Assembly (NCBI GenBank): GCA_051746405.1
Contig: JBNJFB010000015.1
Location: 1 to 47,655, forward strand
DNA from: Campylobacterota bacterium
Lineage (GTDB): Bacteria; Campylobacterota; Campylobacteria; Campylobacterales; Arcobacteraceae
Direction: 5' to 3'
Length of the DNA: 47,655 bases
Position numbers and translations under genes: made by a program
The notes under the pieces: model-generated
Seen by the model: only the letters and a program-made list of their open reading frames with translations
The model's database searches: none
What the model was told of the DNA's origin: nothing
Shown here: in pieces, positions 10,413-20,459 of the stretch
How positions within the stretch are numbered: the stretch's first letter is position 1
Layout of the letters: the number at the start of each line of letters is the position of its first letter

Positions 10413-10425
10413 TTAAACTCTTATC

Positions 10426-10653
10426 TTATTTTTTAAACTTATCTAATATTTGCACTAAATAAAGCTCCATTTTTTCTGCACCTATATCATCTTGGGCACT
10501 TCTACATGACTTACAGCAAGTACCTGCATCTGTTAATTCACCTATTTCATCTATTGTACTAGCACCTTTTTCTTTAATTGCATAAATAATCTCTCCTAAA
10601 GTAACATGTTTACATGTACACACTTCATAGGAGTGAGGGAAACTTTTTGACAT
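10426..10653 (-). CDS. BFD-like (2Fe-2S)-binding protein
   Basis: VCTC...TDAGTCCKSC. Confidence 0.88.
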   Translation of the reverse strand: MSKSFPHSYEVCTCKHVTLGEIIYAIKEKGASTIDEIGELTDAGTCCKSCRSAQDDIGAEKMELYLVQILDKFKK

Positions 10654-10662
10654 AAACTATCC

Positions 10663-10884
10663 TTAAATATTGTTTTTTAAAATCTCTTTACAATAAATCT
10701 TTTTTCTTATAACACCCATATCAGCCTCTTTTAAAAGACAATTTCTGCAATGGGTTCCAGCTTTTGTATAGTATTGTAAATCCCTTAAATTTTCAATTTT
10801 ATTACATTTTATTGAATCAATTATATCTTGTATTGTAACTTTTTCACAATTACACACTTCATAAGAGTTATCAAAGTTATTCAT
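10663..10884 (-). CDS. BFD-like (2Fe-2S)-binding protein
   Basis: VCNC...TKAGTHCRNC. Confidence 0.85.
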   Translation of the reverse strand: MNNFDNSYEVCNCEKVTIQDIIDSIKCNKIENLRDLQYYTKAGTHCRNCLLKEADMGVIRKKIYCKEILKNNI

Positions 10885-10886
10885 TA

Positions 10887-11642
10887 CTATTTACTTTTAT
10901 GCTTTTTTATTAGCTCATATGCTTCATTAATCTCTTGTAGTTTTTTAGTTGCCTCATCAATAATATTTTGCTTAGCACCCTGCCCTGCTATTATATCAGG
11001 GTGATGTTGTTTTACTAAAGTTCTATACTTTTTCTTTATTGTTGCACTATCATCATTTTCACTACAACCTAATATTTCATAAGCTTTTTGTAAACTTATT
11101 GCTTTTTGTTTAGCAGCACCTTCATAAAATGCTTTAAAATTATTTACAATATTTTCAAAATCTATTGATTTTATTTTTAATGCTTGTGCAATATCCTCTG
11201 TAATCATTTTTTCAGTCTCTGAAAAATCTTTATCAATAAAAGCTAAATTTACAAGATATTCCATAATTTTAACTCTTTTAGTATAATCAAACTTTGTCAA
11301 AGAGTATAGTTTTTCACACAATTGAATTGTATTTTCAAAACTTTTCTTTTCTTCAGTATAAAGAATTTTCAACTTTTCTCTTACTTCTTGTTGATTCTCA
11401 AAATGACTTGAGATGTCATTAAAAGTATGTTTTAAAAGTTCTGCTTCTAACTCACATACTTTACCATCTGCTTTTGCAACTTTTGCCATTAAAGCCACTA
11501 ATAAACCTGCTTCATGGTTCAATAGGTCACCATCAAATCTCTCTTTATAGTTTAAATTTATATTTTTAAACTTCTCTGTTTTGTAGTTTTTTGCTATCAA
11601 AAATAGAATAAAACCAATTATGAGTAAAATAATAATCTTCAT
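10887..11642 (-). CDS. DjlA-like co-chaperone (membrane anchor, TerB-like domain, J domain)
   Basis: N-terminal TM, AKVAKADGKV, C-terminal AYEILG..HHPD..INEAYE; start ATG 11642. Confidence 0.88.
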   Translation of the reverse strand: MKIIILLIIGFILFLIAKNYKTEKFKNINLNYKERFDGDLLNHEAGLLVALMAKVAKADGKVCELEAELLKHTFNDISSHFENQQEVREKLKILYTEEKKSFENTIQLCEKLYSLTKFDYTKRVKIMEYLVNLAFIDKDFSETEKMITEDIAQALKIKSIDFENIVNNFKAFYEGAAKQKAISLQKAYEILGCSENDDSATIKKKYRTLVKQHHPDIIAGQGAKQNIIDEATKKLQEINEAYELIKKHKSK

Positions 11643-11739
11643 TTTTTCCCTTCTATTTAAAATCATATGATTTTTGTTTTGCAAAATTTTATCAAATTTT
11701 AGGTAAAATCTTATCTTTAATTATTAATTGGAGTTATCT

Positions 11740-12246
11740 ATGTTTGGAATGGGTTTTATGGAAATCCTACTTATTGCAATAGTTGCAATAGTTGCATTGG
11801 GACCTGAAAAGTTACCAAATGCAATGGTAGAGGTTGCTAAGTTTATGAAAAAATTTAAATCAGGTCTTGAAGACGCTAAGTCCACTTTTGATAGTGAACT
11901 AAATATTGATGAAATGAGAAATGAAGCAAATAAATTCAAAGCTCAAATAGAAGATGCAAAATCTTCAGTTAACTTTGAAAAAAGTAAAATGGATTTGGGG
12001 CTAAATAGTATTATAAATGACGATATGCAGCCTGAATCAAAAAAAGATAATACTGAAACTCAAAGTCAAGATAAAAAAGAAGAAAAAGTCTCTTTTAAAA
12101 AGAAAAAGAAAAAAAAGAAGAAAAAAGAGTCACAAGAAGAGATTAAGTCAATTGAAGAATCAAATGAAGAGTTTGTTCAAAAAGCTAGTGATAAATTCAA
12201 AGTAAACTTTGATGAAAAAGATAAAAATAAAGAGGAAAACGCTTAA
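11740..12246 (+). CDS. tatB: Tat translocase subunit TatB
   Basis: MFGMGFMEIL..ALGPEKLP; adjacent to tatC; GGAG RBS before 11740. Confidence 0.92.
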   Translation: MFGMGFMEILLIAIVAIVALGPEKLPNAMVEVAKFMKKFKSGLEDAKSTFDSELNIDEMRNEANKFKAQIEDAKSSVNFEKSKMDLGLNSIINDDMQPESKKDNTETQSQDKKEEKVSFKKKKKKKKKKESQEEIKSIEESNEEFVQKASDKFKVNFDEKDKNKEENA

Positions 12247-12977
12247 TGTTAGAAGATTTAAAACCACACATTGCAGACCTTAGAAAAAGATTGATGATAT
12301 CAGGTGCATCAATTATTACAATGTTTTTTATATGTTTTTTCTTTTATGAACCAATACTTGATTGGATGATGGTACCTGTTGAAGAAGTACTTCCTCCAAA
12401 CTCTCAAATGGTTGCAGTTGAAATTCAAGAGACATTTTTCACAGCTTTAAAAGTAGCATTTTTCTCTGGTTTTTTAATATCACTTCCAGTTATATTCTGG
12501 CAATTATGGCTATTTTTAGCACCAGGACTTTATGAACATGAAAAAAAACTTGTAGTTCCGTTTGTTGTATTTGCTACTATGATGTTTTTAGTAGGAGCTT
12601 CATTTGCTTACTGGGTTGTTGTTCCTTATGGGTTTGAATTTCTTATCAACTTTGGTTCTGCTGTTGTTACAGTTCTTCCAAGTATTGGTAAATATGTAGG
12701 ATTTTTTACAAAACTTTTATTTGGATTTGGGGTTGCTTTTGAACTACCTGTAATTACATTTTTTCTAGCAAAAATTGGTTTAGTTGATGATAGGATGCTA
12801 AAAGATTTCTTTAAATATGCTTTAATTATTATATTTGTAATGGCTTCACTTTTAACTCCACCTGATGTTTTAACACAGTTTTTAATGGCAGGTCCATTAA
12901 TTTTATTATATGGATTATCAATCTATATTGCAAAAGTATTTAATCCAGCTAGCAAAATAGAAGATGAGGAAGAGTAA
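12246..12977 (+). CDS. tatC: Tat translocase subunit TatC
   Basis: HIADLRKRL, FLAPGLY, FELP, LTPPD; 6 TM. Confidence 0.96.
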   Translation: MLEDLKPHIADLRKRLMISGASIITMFFICFFFYEPILDWMMVPVEEVLPPNSQMVAVEIQETFFTALKVAFFSGFLISLPVIFWQLWLFLAPGLYEHEKKLVVPFVVFATMMFLVGASFAYWVVVPYGFEFLINFGSAVVTVLPSIGKYVGFFTKLLFGFGVAFELPVITFFLAKIGLVDDRMLKDFFKYALIIIFVMASLLTPPDVLTQFLMAGPLILLYGLSIYIAKVFNPASKIEDEEE

Positions 12978-12979
12978 CT

Positions 12980-14005
12980 TTGATGTTAGACCCACTTAAG
13001 ACCTCTAGTTATGACTATAAACTTCCACAGGAGTTGATTGCAAAATATCCGATCAACCCTCCTGATAGTGCTAAGCTTTTAGTTTATGATAGAAAAACCA
13101 ACAAAATAACTCATACAACCTTTAAAAACCTTTTAGATTTTATACCAAAGAATACATCTGTTTTTTTAAATGACACAAAAGTAATAAAAGCCAGAGTTTT
13201 TGGTACAAAAACTACAGGTGGTAAAGTAGAATTACTCTTAAATAAACCACTTTTTATGAACAGATATTTAGTAATGACTAAAGGACGAGTAAAAGAAGGT
13301 ACAGTTTTAACTTTTGACAATAACTTAAAGTGTGAGATTTTAGAACTAAATGAAGATGGTAGTAGAGTTGTAAAGTTTTTTAAGAATAATAAAACATTAG
13401 AATTCTTAGAGCTTGTAGATATTTTAAACGAAATAGGACATCTACCACTTCCTCCATATATGAATAGAGAGGATGAAAAACAAGATGAAAAAGATTACCA
13501 AACACTTTTTGCAAAAAACTATGGTGCAGTTGCAGCACCCACTGCATCTTTGCACTTTACAGAAGAGTTACTTCAAAAAATAAATGATAAATTTGATGTA
13601 AACTATCTAACGCTTCATGTGGGTGCAGGTACATTTAAACCAGTTGATTCAGAAGATATACTAAATCACCCAATGCATAGTGAATATTTTGAAATTGGTA
13701 TAGATGCAAAAAAATCACTTGACAAAGCAAAAAATGTTTTAGCAGTTGGTACAACTGTAACAAGAACAGTTGAATACTATGCCAGAACAAATAAGATTCA
13801 AGGTGAATGTGATTTATTTTTAAATCCTGCAAACAAACCAATAAAAGTTGATAATTTACTTACAAACTTTCATTTACCAAAATCTACTTTAATAATGCTA
13901 ATTGCATCATTTATAGGAATAGATAAAACACTTGAAATATACAATGAAGCCATAAAACACAAATATAGATTTTATTCATATGGCGATGGTATGTTAATCT
14001 TATAA
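12980..14005 (+). CDS. queA: S-adenosylmethionine:tRNA ribosyltransferase-isomerase
   Basis: NDTKVIKAR, PLPPY, AAPTA, LHVGAGTF, VGTT, TNFHLP, FYSYGD. Confidence 0.97.
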   Translation: MMLDPLKTSSYDYKLPQELIAKYPINPPDSAKLLVYDRKTNKITHTTFKNLLDFIPKNTSVFLNDTKVIKARVFGTKTTGGKVELLLNKPLFMNRYLVMTKGRVKEGTVLTFDNNLKCEILELNEDGSRVVKFFKNNKTLEFLELVDILNEIGHLPLPPYMNREDEKQDEKDYQTLFAKNYGAVAAPTASLHFTEELLQKINDKFDVNYLTLHVGAGTFKPVDSEDILNHPMHSEYFEIGIDAKKSLDKAKNVLAVGTTVTRTVEYYARTNKIQGECDLFLNPANKPIKVDNLLTNFHLPKSTLIMLIASFIGIDKTLEIYNEAIKHKYRFYSYGDGMLIL

Positions 14006-14026
14006 TATAAAAAAGGATATTTTCAA

Positions 14027-14770
14027 ATGCCGCATTATGTACTATTTGATACAGAAACAACAGGAAATCAGCAAGAAGATAGAGTAATACAGTTTGGTGC
14101 AATGATAGTAGACCATACAGGAAAAGTTGAAGCTTATGATGAGTTTTGCCATAGTGATGTTGAGATAAAAATTGAAGCTATGGAAGTACACAATATCACT
14201 CCTGATTTAATAGAAGATAAACCCAAAGCTACTGAAACTACTTTTTATAAAAGACTTGAAGAGTTAAATAGTGATGAAAACTATCTCATTGCTCATAATA
14301 TATCATTTGATTTAGATATGATACAAAAAGAGGGGTTTGCAAATAATTACCAATTAATAGATACCTTAAGATGTGCAAAACATCTTTTTGCTCAAATGCC
14401 ATACCATAGACTTCAATATCTAAGATATGCTTTAGAACTATATAAAACTGAAGAAAAAGAAGCAGCAAAACACAACATCACAATAAAAGCCCATGATGCT
14501 ATTGGGGATGTTTTAGTTATGAAACTCTTCTTATCAAAACTAGTTAAAAAATGTAGAGAGGTTTATCCAGATTATAATCCAATGGAAAAACTAGCAGAAC
14601 TTACAAAAACTCCCGTATTATTAAAAACTCTTAGATTCGGAAAATATAAAAATAGAGATATTAAAGATGTTGCTAAAGAAGATTCAGGATATCTAAACTG
14701 GATGCGTTCAAATATGGACTTAGATGAAGACTTAAAATACACCCTTGATAAAATACTAACTAATATATAA
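14027..14770 (+). CDS. DEDDh 3'-5' exonuclease (exonuclease X-like)
   Basis: FDTETTG, AHNISFD, HDAIGD; C-terminal FGKYK..GYLNW module. Confidence 0.9.
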   Translation: MPHYVLFDTETTGNQQEDRVIQFGAMIVDHTGKVEAYDEFCHSDVEIKIEAMEVHNITPDLIEDKPKATETTFYKRLEELNSDENYLIAHNISFDLDMIQKEGFANNYQLIDTLRCAKHLFAQMPYHRLQYLRYALELYKTEEKEAAKHNITIKAHDAIGDVLVMKLFLSKLVKKCREVYPDYNPMEKLAELTKTPVLLKTLRFGKYKNRDIKDVAKEDSGYLNWMRSNMDLDEDLKYTLDKILTNI

Positions 14771-14806
14771 AAATAAAGATTAAAACTATAATTTTAGTCT
14801 TTATTT
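14771..14806 (+). terminator. Hairpin, likely terminator
   Basis: aaataaagattaaaa...ttttagtctttattt inverted repeat after the stop. Confidence 0.55.
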
Positions 14807-14861
14807 CACTTAAATTTCATTTAATTACAATATAATTACAAAAAGTCAAAAAAGGGGTAAC

Positions 14862-16196
14862 TTGAATAGCTTTTCAAGAATTGGATTTATATTAGCAGCT
14901 GCAGGTTCAGCTGTGGGATTAGGAAATATATGGAAGTTTCCATATATCACAGGTGAGTATGGAGGTGGTGCTTTTGTATTAGTATATCTACTTGCAATTT
15001 TATTTATAGGACTAACTGTATTTTTAGCAGAGACTGTTATAGGACAAAACTCCCAATCTGATGTTGCAACATCTTTTGTAAAAACATCAAAATCAAAAAA
15101 TGAAAATTGGAAATTTGCAGGTTTTATGATTATAAGTGGTTTATTAATCTTATCTTTTTACTCTGTAGTTTTAGGATGGATTTTAAACTATGTCTTAACA
15201 TCTTTTATGGCACTACCAACTAAAGCAGAGGATGCAGGTGCTGCTTTTGAGAAGTTAATAAGTGATGATATAGGTAACTTAATAGTTTATCATACAGTTA
15301 TTGCAGGATGTGTGATTTTTATAGTCTTAAGAGGTATCAAAAAAGGTATTGAGAAAGTAAACTTAATTTTAATGCCACTTTTGGGACTTATTTTATTAGG
15401 ATTACTTTTATATGCTTTTACCTTAGACGCATTTTCGCAAGCTATAACTTTTATGTTTAGTCCAGATTTTAGCAAATTAAATGGTGATGCCCTACTTGCA
15501 GCCTTAGGTCAAGCTTTCTTTACACTATCATTAGGTGTTGGTACTATTATGACTTATTCAGCATCACTACCTAAAAAAGCGAACTTTGTAAAATCATCTT
15601 TTTATGTGGCTGCTGTTGATACTACTATTGCACTTGTTGCAGGTTTAATTATCTTCTCATTTTTATTTGAAGCAGGTGCTCAAAGTACAGCAGGACCTGG
15701 ATTAGTATTTATTTCACTACCTGTTATTTTCTCATCTTGGGGAGTATTAGGTCAAGTTATTGCTATTTCTTTCTTTACAGCTTTAGTTTTTGCAGGTATA
15801 ACATCAGCAGTTTCAATGATAGAACCATCTTTAAAGTTTTTCATTGAAAGGTTTGGTTTTACTAGAAAAAAAGCAACTATTCTTTGTGGTGGAATTTTTT
15901 ATAGTTTAGGTATAGTAGCACTGTTATCTATGTCAAAAAGCTTTGGTGATAAATTAACATTTTTTGGAAAAAATGCTTTTGATTGGATGGATTTTATTAC
16001 ATCATCAGTAATGATGCCAACAGCTGCTATTGTAACATGTGTTTTTCTTGGATACTTTGTAGATAAACAGATGCTAAAAGAGAAATTTACAGCTTATGTA
16101 AGTGAAACTGTTTTTAATATTTGGTATATACTTATTAGATATATAGTGCCAATTGCTATTATAATTCTATTTTTAAATAAATTAGGAGTTATATAA
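14862..16196 (+). CDS. Sodium-dependent transporter, NSS/SNF family
   Basis: AAGSAVGLGNIWKFPY, GGGAF, GQAFFTLSLG, GPGLVF. Confidence 0.95.
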   Translation: MNSFSRIGFILAAAGSAVGLGNIWKFPYITGEYGGGAFVLVYLLAILFIGLTVFLAETVIGQNSQSDVATSFVKTSKSKNENWKFAGFMIISGLLILSFYSVVLGWILNYVLTSFMALPTKAEDAGAAFEKLISDDIGNLIVYHTVIAGCVIFIVLRGIKKGIEKVNLILMPLLGLILLGLLLYAFTLDAFSQAITFMFSPDFSKLNGDALLAALGQAFFTLSLGVGTIMTYSASLPKKANFVKSSFYVAAVDTTIALVAGLIIFSFLFEAGAQSTAGPGLVFISLPVIFSSWGVLGQVIAISFFTALVFAGITSAVSMIEPSLKFFIERFGFTRKKATILCGGIFYSLGIVALLSMSKSFGDKLTFFGKNAFDWMDFITSSVMMPTAAIVTCVFLGYFVDKQMLKEKFTAYVSETVFNIWYILIRYIVPIAIIILFLNKLGVI

Positions 16197-16200
16197 ATAA

Positions 16201-16234
16201 AAAAAGGGAAAAGATTTAATTCTTCTCCCTTTTT
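16201..16234. terminator. Bidirectional intrinsic terminator
   Basis: aaaaagggaaaaga...tcttctcccttttt. Confidence 0.75.
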
Positions 16235-16415
16235 GTTTAAATGATACTTTGTGTGTAGATAAACTTTTTATTTACCCCATTCACTTTATAGTGAATTTTT
16301 AGATTTTAAAGCTTAACAATTCTAAGAGTGATAATTCTTCCTCATTAACACCTCCGTATTCTTTTGTTAGTACAATTATAACACTTTTTTAACTTAAAAG
16401 TATATAAAACATAAA

Positions 16416-17858
16416 CTATATTAGTGCATTTAATTTTTTATACTCATCAAGTGCAAAATCATCTGTCATTCCAGATATATAATCAATAACCAAGCGAACC
16501 CTATAATACAGCTCTTCTAATAGATATTTATTACTATATTTTTTATACTCTATTTGCGATATGCTATGTTTATATGCCACTATTTGTTTAGAGGAAACTC
16601 TTTTAATTAATCTTTGAGATAAAAAACAGCTAATTGTTTTATCTTCAATTAATGCTTCAAACTCTTTACATGAAAGATTTAATAACACACTATAGTTATC
16701 TAATAAACTTGTTAATATTTTGTGACCTTTTAACTCTAAAGTCTGTTTATCTTTATTGGTATAAATATATTTTTTTGATATGTTTTGTAGGACTTTTATA
16801 GCTTTTGTATATTTACTATTTTTATCATACTCAAGCAAGGCATTATTAAAAACTCCATTAAATATCTCTTCATGGTTTTGTACATATATATTAGCCACAT
16901 GCTCTACTAACTCCCTTGTTAGTTTAGCTCTAGTTAGAGTTAAAAATAGATTAAACTGATAAGGCTCATCCTCTTTTTCTAAAGCTTTATTATAAAACTG
17001 CTCAACCAAATCAGAAAGATATGTCTCTTCCATAGTCTCACACTCTTGCTTTATAAGCTTATAAATATCCTCAAATCTTAATATGCCTTTATCAACTGCA
17101 TCTTCCATATCTGCATTTAAATAGGAGATATCATCAGCTGCTTCCATTATATAAGTAATAGGAAACCTACACCCTGGTTTTATCTCTAATGCTTTACAGA
17201 TTTTATTTACTATATCTTTTTCTGAATAGTAATACCCAGGTTTTTTCATAAGATAAGATAGTGGTTCAGATTTATCAGGTCTATTTTCATGTGCTACTCT
17301 TGAGTATTTTAAAATAGATGCAATTTGAGTATATGATAAGTTTAATCTTTGAAGCTTTGTCACTACTCTTATAGCTTGTGCATTTCCATCATAGTTACAT
17401 ATATCTTCTATAAGAATAGTTTTTAATCTTTTTTCATCCTTTGTTTCTATATCAATCATACAATCAAATATTTTAACAGCATTTCTTCTCATCCAATCAT
17501 TTATAGCATCTTCTGCAAAATGACCAAAAGGTGGATTTCCTATATCATGTAATAGACTAGACATTTCAGCTGTTGAGATAAATGCATCATCAAGTAGATC
17601 TAACCCATACTTTTTATCAAGCTTTTTCAAAATAGTTTTTGAAATAAATCTAGCTGTTTGGGAAACTTCTAAAGAGTGAGTAAGTCTGCTTCTAACAGCT
17701 GCATTTAACTCCAAAGGAAAGACTTGAGTTTTTTTCTGTAATCTTCTTAACGCAGGTGCGGAAAAGATTCTTCCTCTGTCACTTTCATAAGAGATACTAA
17801 TATCATCAATTGGATAAAACTCCCTATGGGTTGTTATTTTCTTTTTATAATCAATCAT
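16416..17858 (-). CDS. dgt: dGTP triphosphohydrolase (HD family)
   Basis: RRLQKKTQVF, RLTHSLEV, LHDIGNPPFGH, GNAQ, EAADD, DYISGMTD. Confidence 0.94.
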   Translation of the reverse strand: MIDYKKKITTHREFYPIDDISISYESDRGRIFSAPALRRLQKKTQVFPLELNAAVRSRLTHSLEVSQTARFISKTILKKLDKKYGLDLLDDAFISTAEMSSLLHDIGNPPFGHFAEDAINDWMRRNAVKIFDCMIDIETKDEKRLKTILIEDICNYDGNAQAIRVVTKLQRLNLSYTQIASILKYSRVAHENRPDKSEPLSYLMKKPGYYYSEKDIVNKICKALEIKPGCRFPITYIMEAADDISYLNADMEDAVDKGILRFEDIYKLIKQECETMEETYLSDLVEQFYNKALEKEDEPYQFNLFLTLTRAKLTRELVEHVANIYVQNHEEIFNGVFNNALLEYDKNSKYTKAIKVLQNISKKYIYTNKDKQTLELKGHKILTSLLDNYSVLLNLSCKEFEALIEDKTISCFLSQRLIKRVSSKQIVAYKHSISQIEYKKYSNKYLLEELYYRVRLVIDYISGMTDDFALDEYKKLNALI

Positions 17859-17961
17859 TTTTCTCTTTTTTGATTTATATTATCAACTTATCACTTACAA
17901 CTTAATTTATTAATTTTTAAAAAAACTAATATATAATTGCAAGACATAAGGAATTGATAAA

Positions 17962-18624
17962 ATGAGACTATTAGATGAACAGCACCGTATATACTTATTA
18001 GATTTAGATAACTTTGAGTTTCCCTCACTTGATATGATGAATGATGACTTAGTAGCAATTGGAGGTGATTTTCACCCGCAAAGAGTATTAAATGCATATA
18101 AAAATGGTATTTTTCCATGGTTTATTGATGAATATAATCATATTCATTGGTTTTGTCCCCAAAAAAGAATGATACTATACCCTCAAGAGATGAAAGTCTC
18201 AAAAAGTCTCAAAAAGTCAGTGAAAAATAGAGGTTTTATTATAAAATCAAATGAAAACTTTAAAGAAGTCATAGAAAACTGCGCATCAATAAAAAGAAAA
18301 CATGAAGATGAAACTTGGATAAATGATGATTTTAAAATAGCCTATACAAATTTATATAATTTAGGCTATGCACATAGCATAGAGTGTTATTTAGATAATG
18401 AACTAGTTGGTGGACTATATGGAATATTAATAGGTGATGTTTTTTGTGGGGAGAGTATGTTTGCAAAAGTAAGCGATGCTTCAAAAGTTGCTTTTTATCA
18501 TCTATGCAAACAAGCTTCACAAAATGGCATAAGGCTTATAGATTGTCAAGTCTATAATGACCACTTAGCAAGTTTAGGTGCATATGAAATACCTAGAGAA
18601 GAGTATCTAAAACTCCTGCCTTAA
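17962..18624 (+). CDS. aat: Leucyl/phenylalanyl-tRNA-protein transferase
   Basis: AYKNGIFPW, TWI, AHSIE, LVGGLYG, GESMF, DCQ..NDHL. Confidence 0.96.
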   Translation: MRLLDEQHRIYLLDLDNFEFPSLDMMNDDLVAIGGDFHPQRVLNAYKNGIFPWFIDEYNHIHWFCPQKRMILYPQEMKVSKSLKKSVKNRGFIIKSNENFKEVIENCASIKRKHEDETWINDDFKIAYTNLYNLGYAHSIECYLDNELVGGLYGILIGDVFCGESMFAKVSDASKVAFYHLCKQASQNGIRLIDCQVYNDHLASLGAYEIPREEYLKLLP

Positions 18625-19074
18625 TCTTGTACGTGAAGCTTTATCAACAAAATTAAATAGTAAATCAATATCATCTTTTGTTGAGCTTTTTTTATGTCCT
18701 TTTACTTTAATAATTTCAAAATTATATTTTTCGTAAAGAGTAAAAAAACTTCGATAAAGCTCTTCATTTCTAACTTTTTTACCTGTTTTTGTAAAGTAGT
18801 TTTTACCCTCAAGTCTCTTTTTTCTTTCTAACAATGAAAGAATATTTTGACAATCTGTATAAACTACAAATTTTGCTTTAGTATCTATTTCACTTATAGC
18901 CCATAATAGAGTTTGAACTTCTAGCTTTGTTGATGAAGTATTTGTAAATTTTTTTGTAACTACCATATCTTTTGTACAATTATTCAAATCATCACAAAAT
19001 AGATAAGCACCAAAACCGATATTCTCTTTTGGATTTACACTTCCATCTACAAAAAGTTTCTTAATTTTTTCCAT
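18607..19074 (-). CDS. Ribonuclease HI family protein
   Basis: FVDGS, KLE, YTDCQ, KVKGH, VDKA (DEDD). Confidence 0.9.
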   Translation of the reverse strand: MEKIKKLFVDGSVNPKENIGFGAYLFCDDLNNCTKDMVVTKKFTNTSSTKLEVQTLLWAISEIDTKAKFVVYTDCQNILSLLERKKRLEGKNYFTKTGKKVRNEELYRSFFTLYEKYNFEIIKVKGHKKSSTKDDIDLLFNFVDKASRTRLRQEF

Positions 19075-19138
19075 ACTCTAAACCAAAACTATAAAAATAG
19101 TTTAATATTTTTTTTAAAAAATCCTCATTTATTACCAT
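19061..19138 (-). CDS. Candidate 25-aa upstream micro-ORF (MVINEDFLKKILNYFYSFGLEYGKN)
   Basis: AAGGAAG RBS 5 nt before ATG, TGcTAAAAT at 19167-19175; stop lies 14 nt into the RNase H gene. Confidence 0.4.
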   Translation of the reverse strand: MVINEDFLKKILNYFYSFGLEYGKN

Positions 19139-19206
19139 TCTTGCTTCCTTATTATATTAAACTTACATTTTAGCAAATAAAAGTAATATTTAGGTCAATT
19201 TTTTTA

Positions 19207-20445
19207 CTATATATACATAAATAAAGTAAACCCAATTAATAAAATATTTAAAACAGTAAAAGCAGTTTTATAAGCTATTGCTAAAAATGAAGTTCCTAAA
19301 AATAAAATAAAAAACCAAAATGGAGTGCTAATCTTAAAAACCTCTACTTTCAAAGTTAAAAACCAATCCAAAAAACCATCAAGTATACCGCCAAAACCAA
19401 GTAGATGAGCAAATAACTCAAAAGGGTAAAAAACCGTAAAAGCTATAGTTATAAAAGGTGAAAGTAGCTGTGCAAATGATGTAACATCAAAAAAGTAGTG
19501 AACAATAGGATTCATAGCTAAATAAATCCAAAAGTTAAATAGTAGTATTTGAAATACTCTATTTTTTATATTATTAAAATATCTTATAAATAAAAATATA
19601 TAAAAAACACCAAAAATAGAAAACCATAAAGATAAAGAGAATAGATAGTTTGGAAAAAGTGCAACTACTATGGCAAAAATCAAAAATAGTGTAGTAAAAG
19701 AGAAAATTTTAATATCACTCCTTAATAGATAAATCCCCAAAGCCATCATAACAAAAGCTCTAGTCAAAGATGCAACTAAACCTGTAAAGAGCAAATATAC
19801 AAAAAGAAAAAATAGTGTAATAAGTAAGATATCAAATTTTCTATTTCTATAGGGAAAGTATCTTTTATGAAAAAAACTGTATGGATAATAGATAGTAAAA
19901 TATATAATAAAACTTAAAACTGCAAGATGAAAACCACTTAGTGCAACTAAGTGACTAATTCCATAATTTGCACATATTTGTCGCAACTCTTCACCAATAG
20001 GATTAGCAAAAAACAAAGCTTGATAAAGCTCTTGTATCATTTCGTTATGATGTTGTGAATCACTATAATTTCTTAATGTTTTCCATATATTGTTACCAAT
20101 TGATTGTTTTTCATAAAAAACTGTATTTACATAAAAACCTTTTAGAAAATCTATAAAAGTGAGATTTGTGGTGATAAAGGCTACTTTTAAAACATCATAT
20201 TTTTTTACATCACTTCTTTTTTCAAAACTTGAAAAAAATGTAAAGTTTTCACTTTTAAATTTAAGTACATTATACTCTTGTTTATCATAGATATTTACTA
20301 TTTGGGCTTTTGCTTCAAACAACTCTTCATATACTATCTCTTGGTATTTTGCATAGTAAATACTTAAGTTTATAATAAAAACAAAAAAACTGAGTGAAAA
20401 AATTAATATAATAACTTTATCGATTTTATATTTTCTAATAAACAT
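19207..20445 (-). CDS. comEC: ComEC/Rec2 family competence protein
   Basis: GISHLVALSGFHL, ASLTRA, multiple TM. Confidence 0.9.
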   Translation of the reverse strand: MFIRKYKIDKVIILIFSLSFFVFIINLSIYYAKYQEIVYEELFEAKAQIVNIYDKQEYNVLKFKSENFTFFSSFEKRSDVKKYDVLKVAFITTNLTFIDFLKGFYVNTVFYEKQSIGNNIWKTLRNYSDSQHHNEMIQELYQALFFANPIGEELRQICANYGISHLVALSGFHLAVLSFIIYFTIYYPYSFFHKRYFPYRNRKFDILLITLFFLFVYLLFTGLVASLTRAFVMMALGIYLLRSDIKIFSFTTLFLIFAIVVALFPNYLFSLSLWFSIFGVFYIFLFIRYFNNIKNRVFQILLFNFWIYLAMNPIVHYFFDVTSFAQLLSPFITIAFTVFYPFELFAHLLGFGGILDGFLDWFLTLKVEVFKISTPFWFFILFLGTSFLAIAYKTAFTVLNILLIGFTLFMYI

Positions 20446-20459
20446 AAAATCAATTATAC

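Noticed and set aside
16416..17858. dGTPase as an anti-phage defence gene
   Set aside because: Housekeeping neighbourhood and no defence-island context; cannot be distinguished from ordinary Dgt
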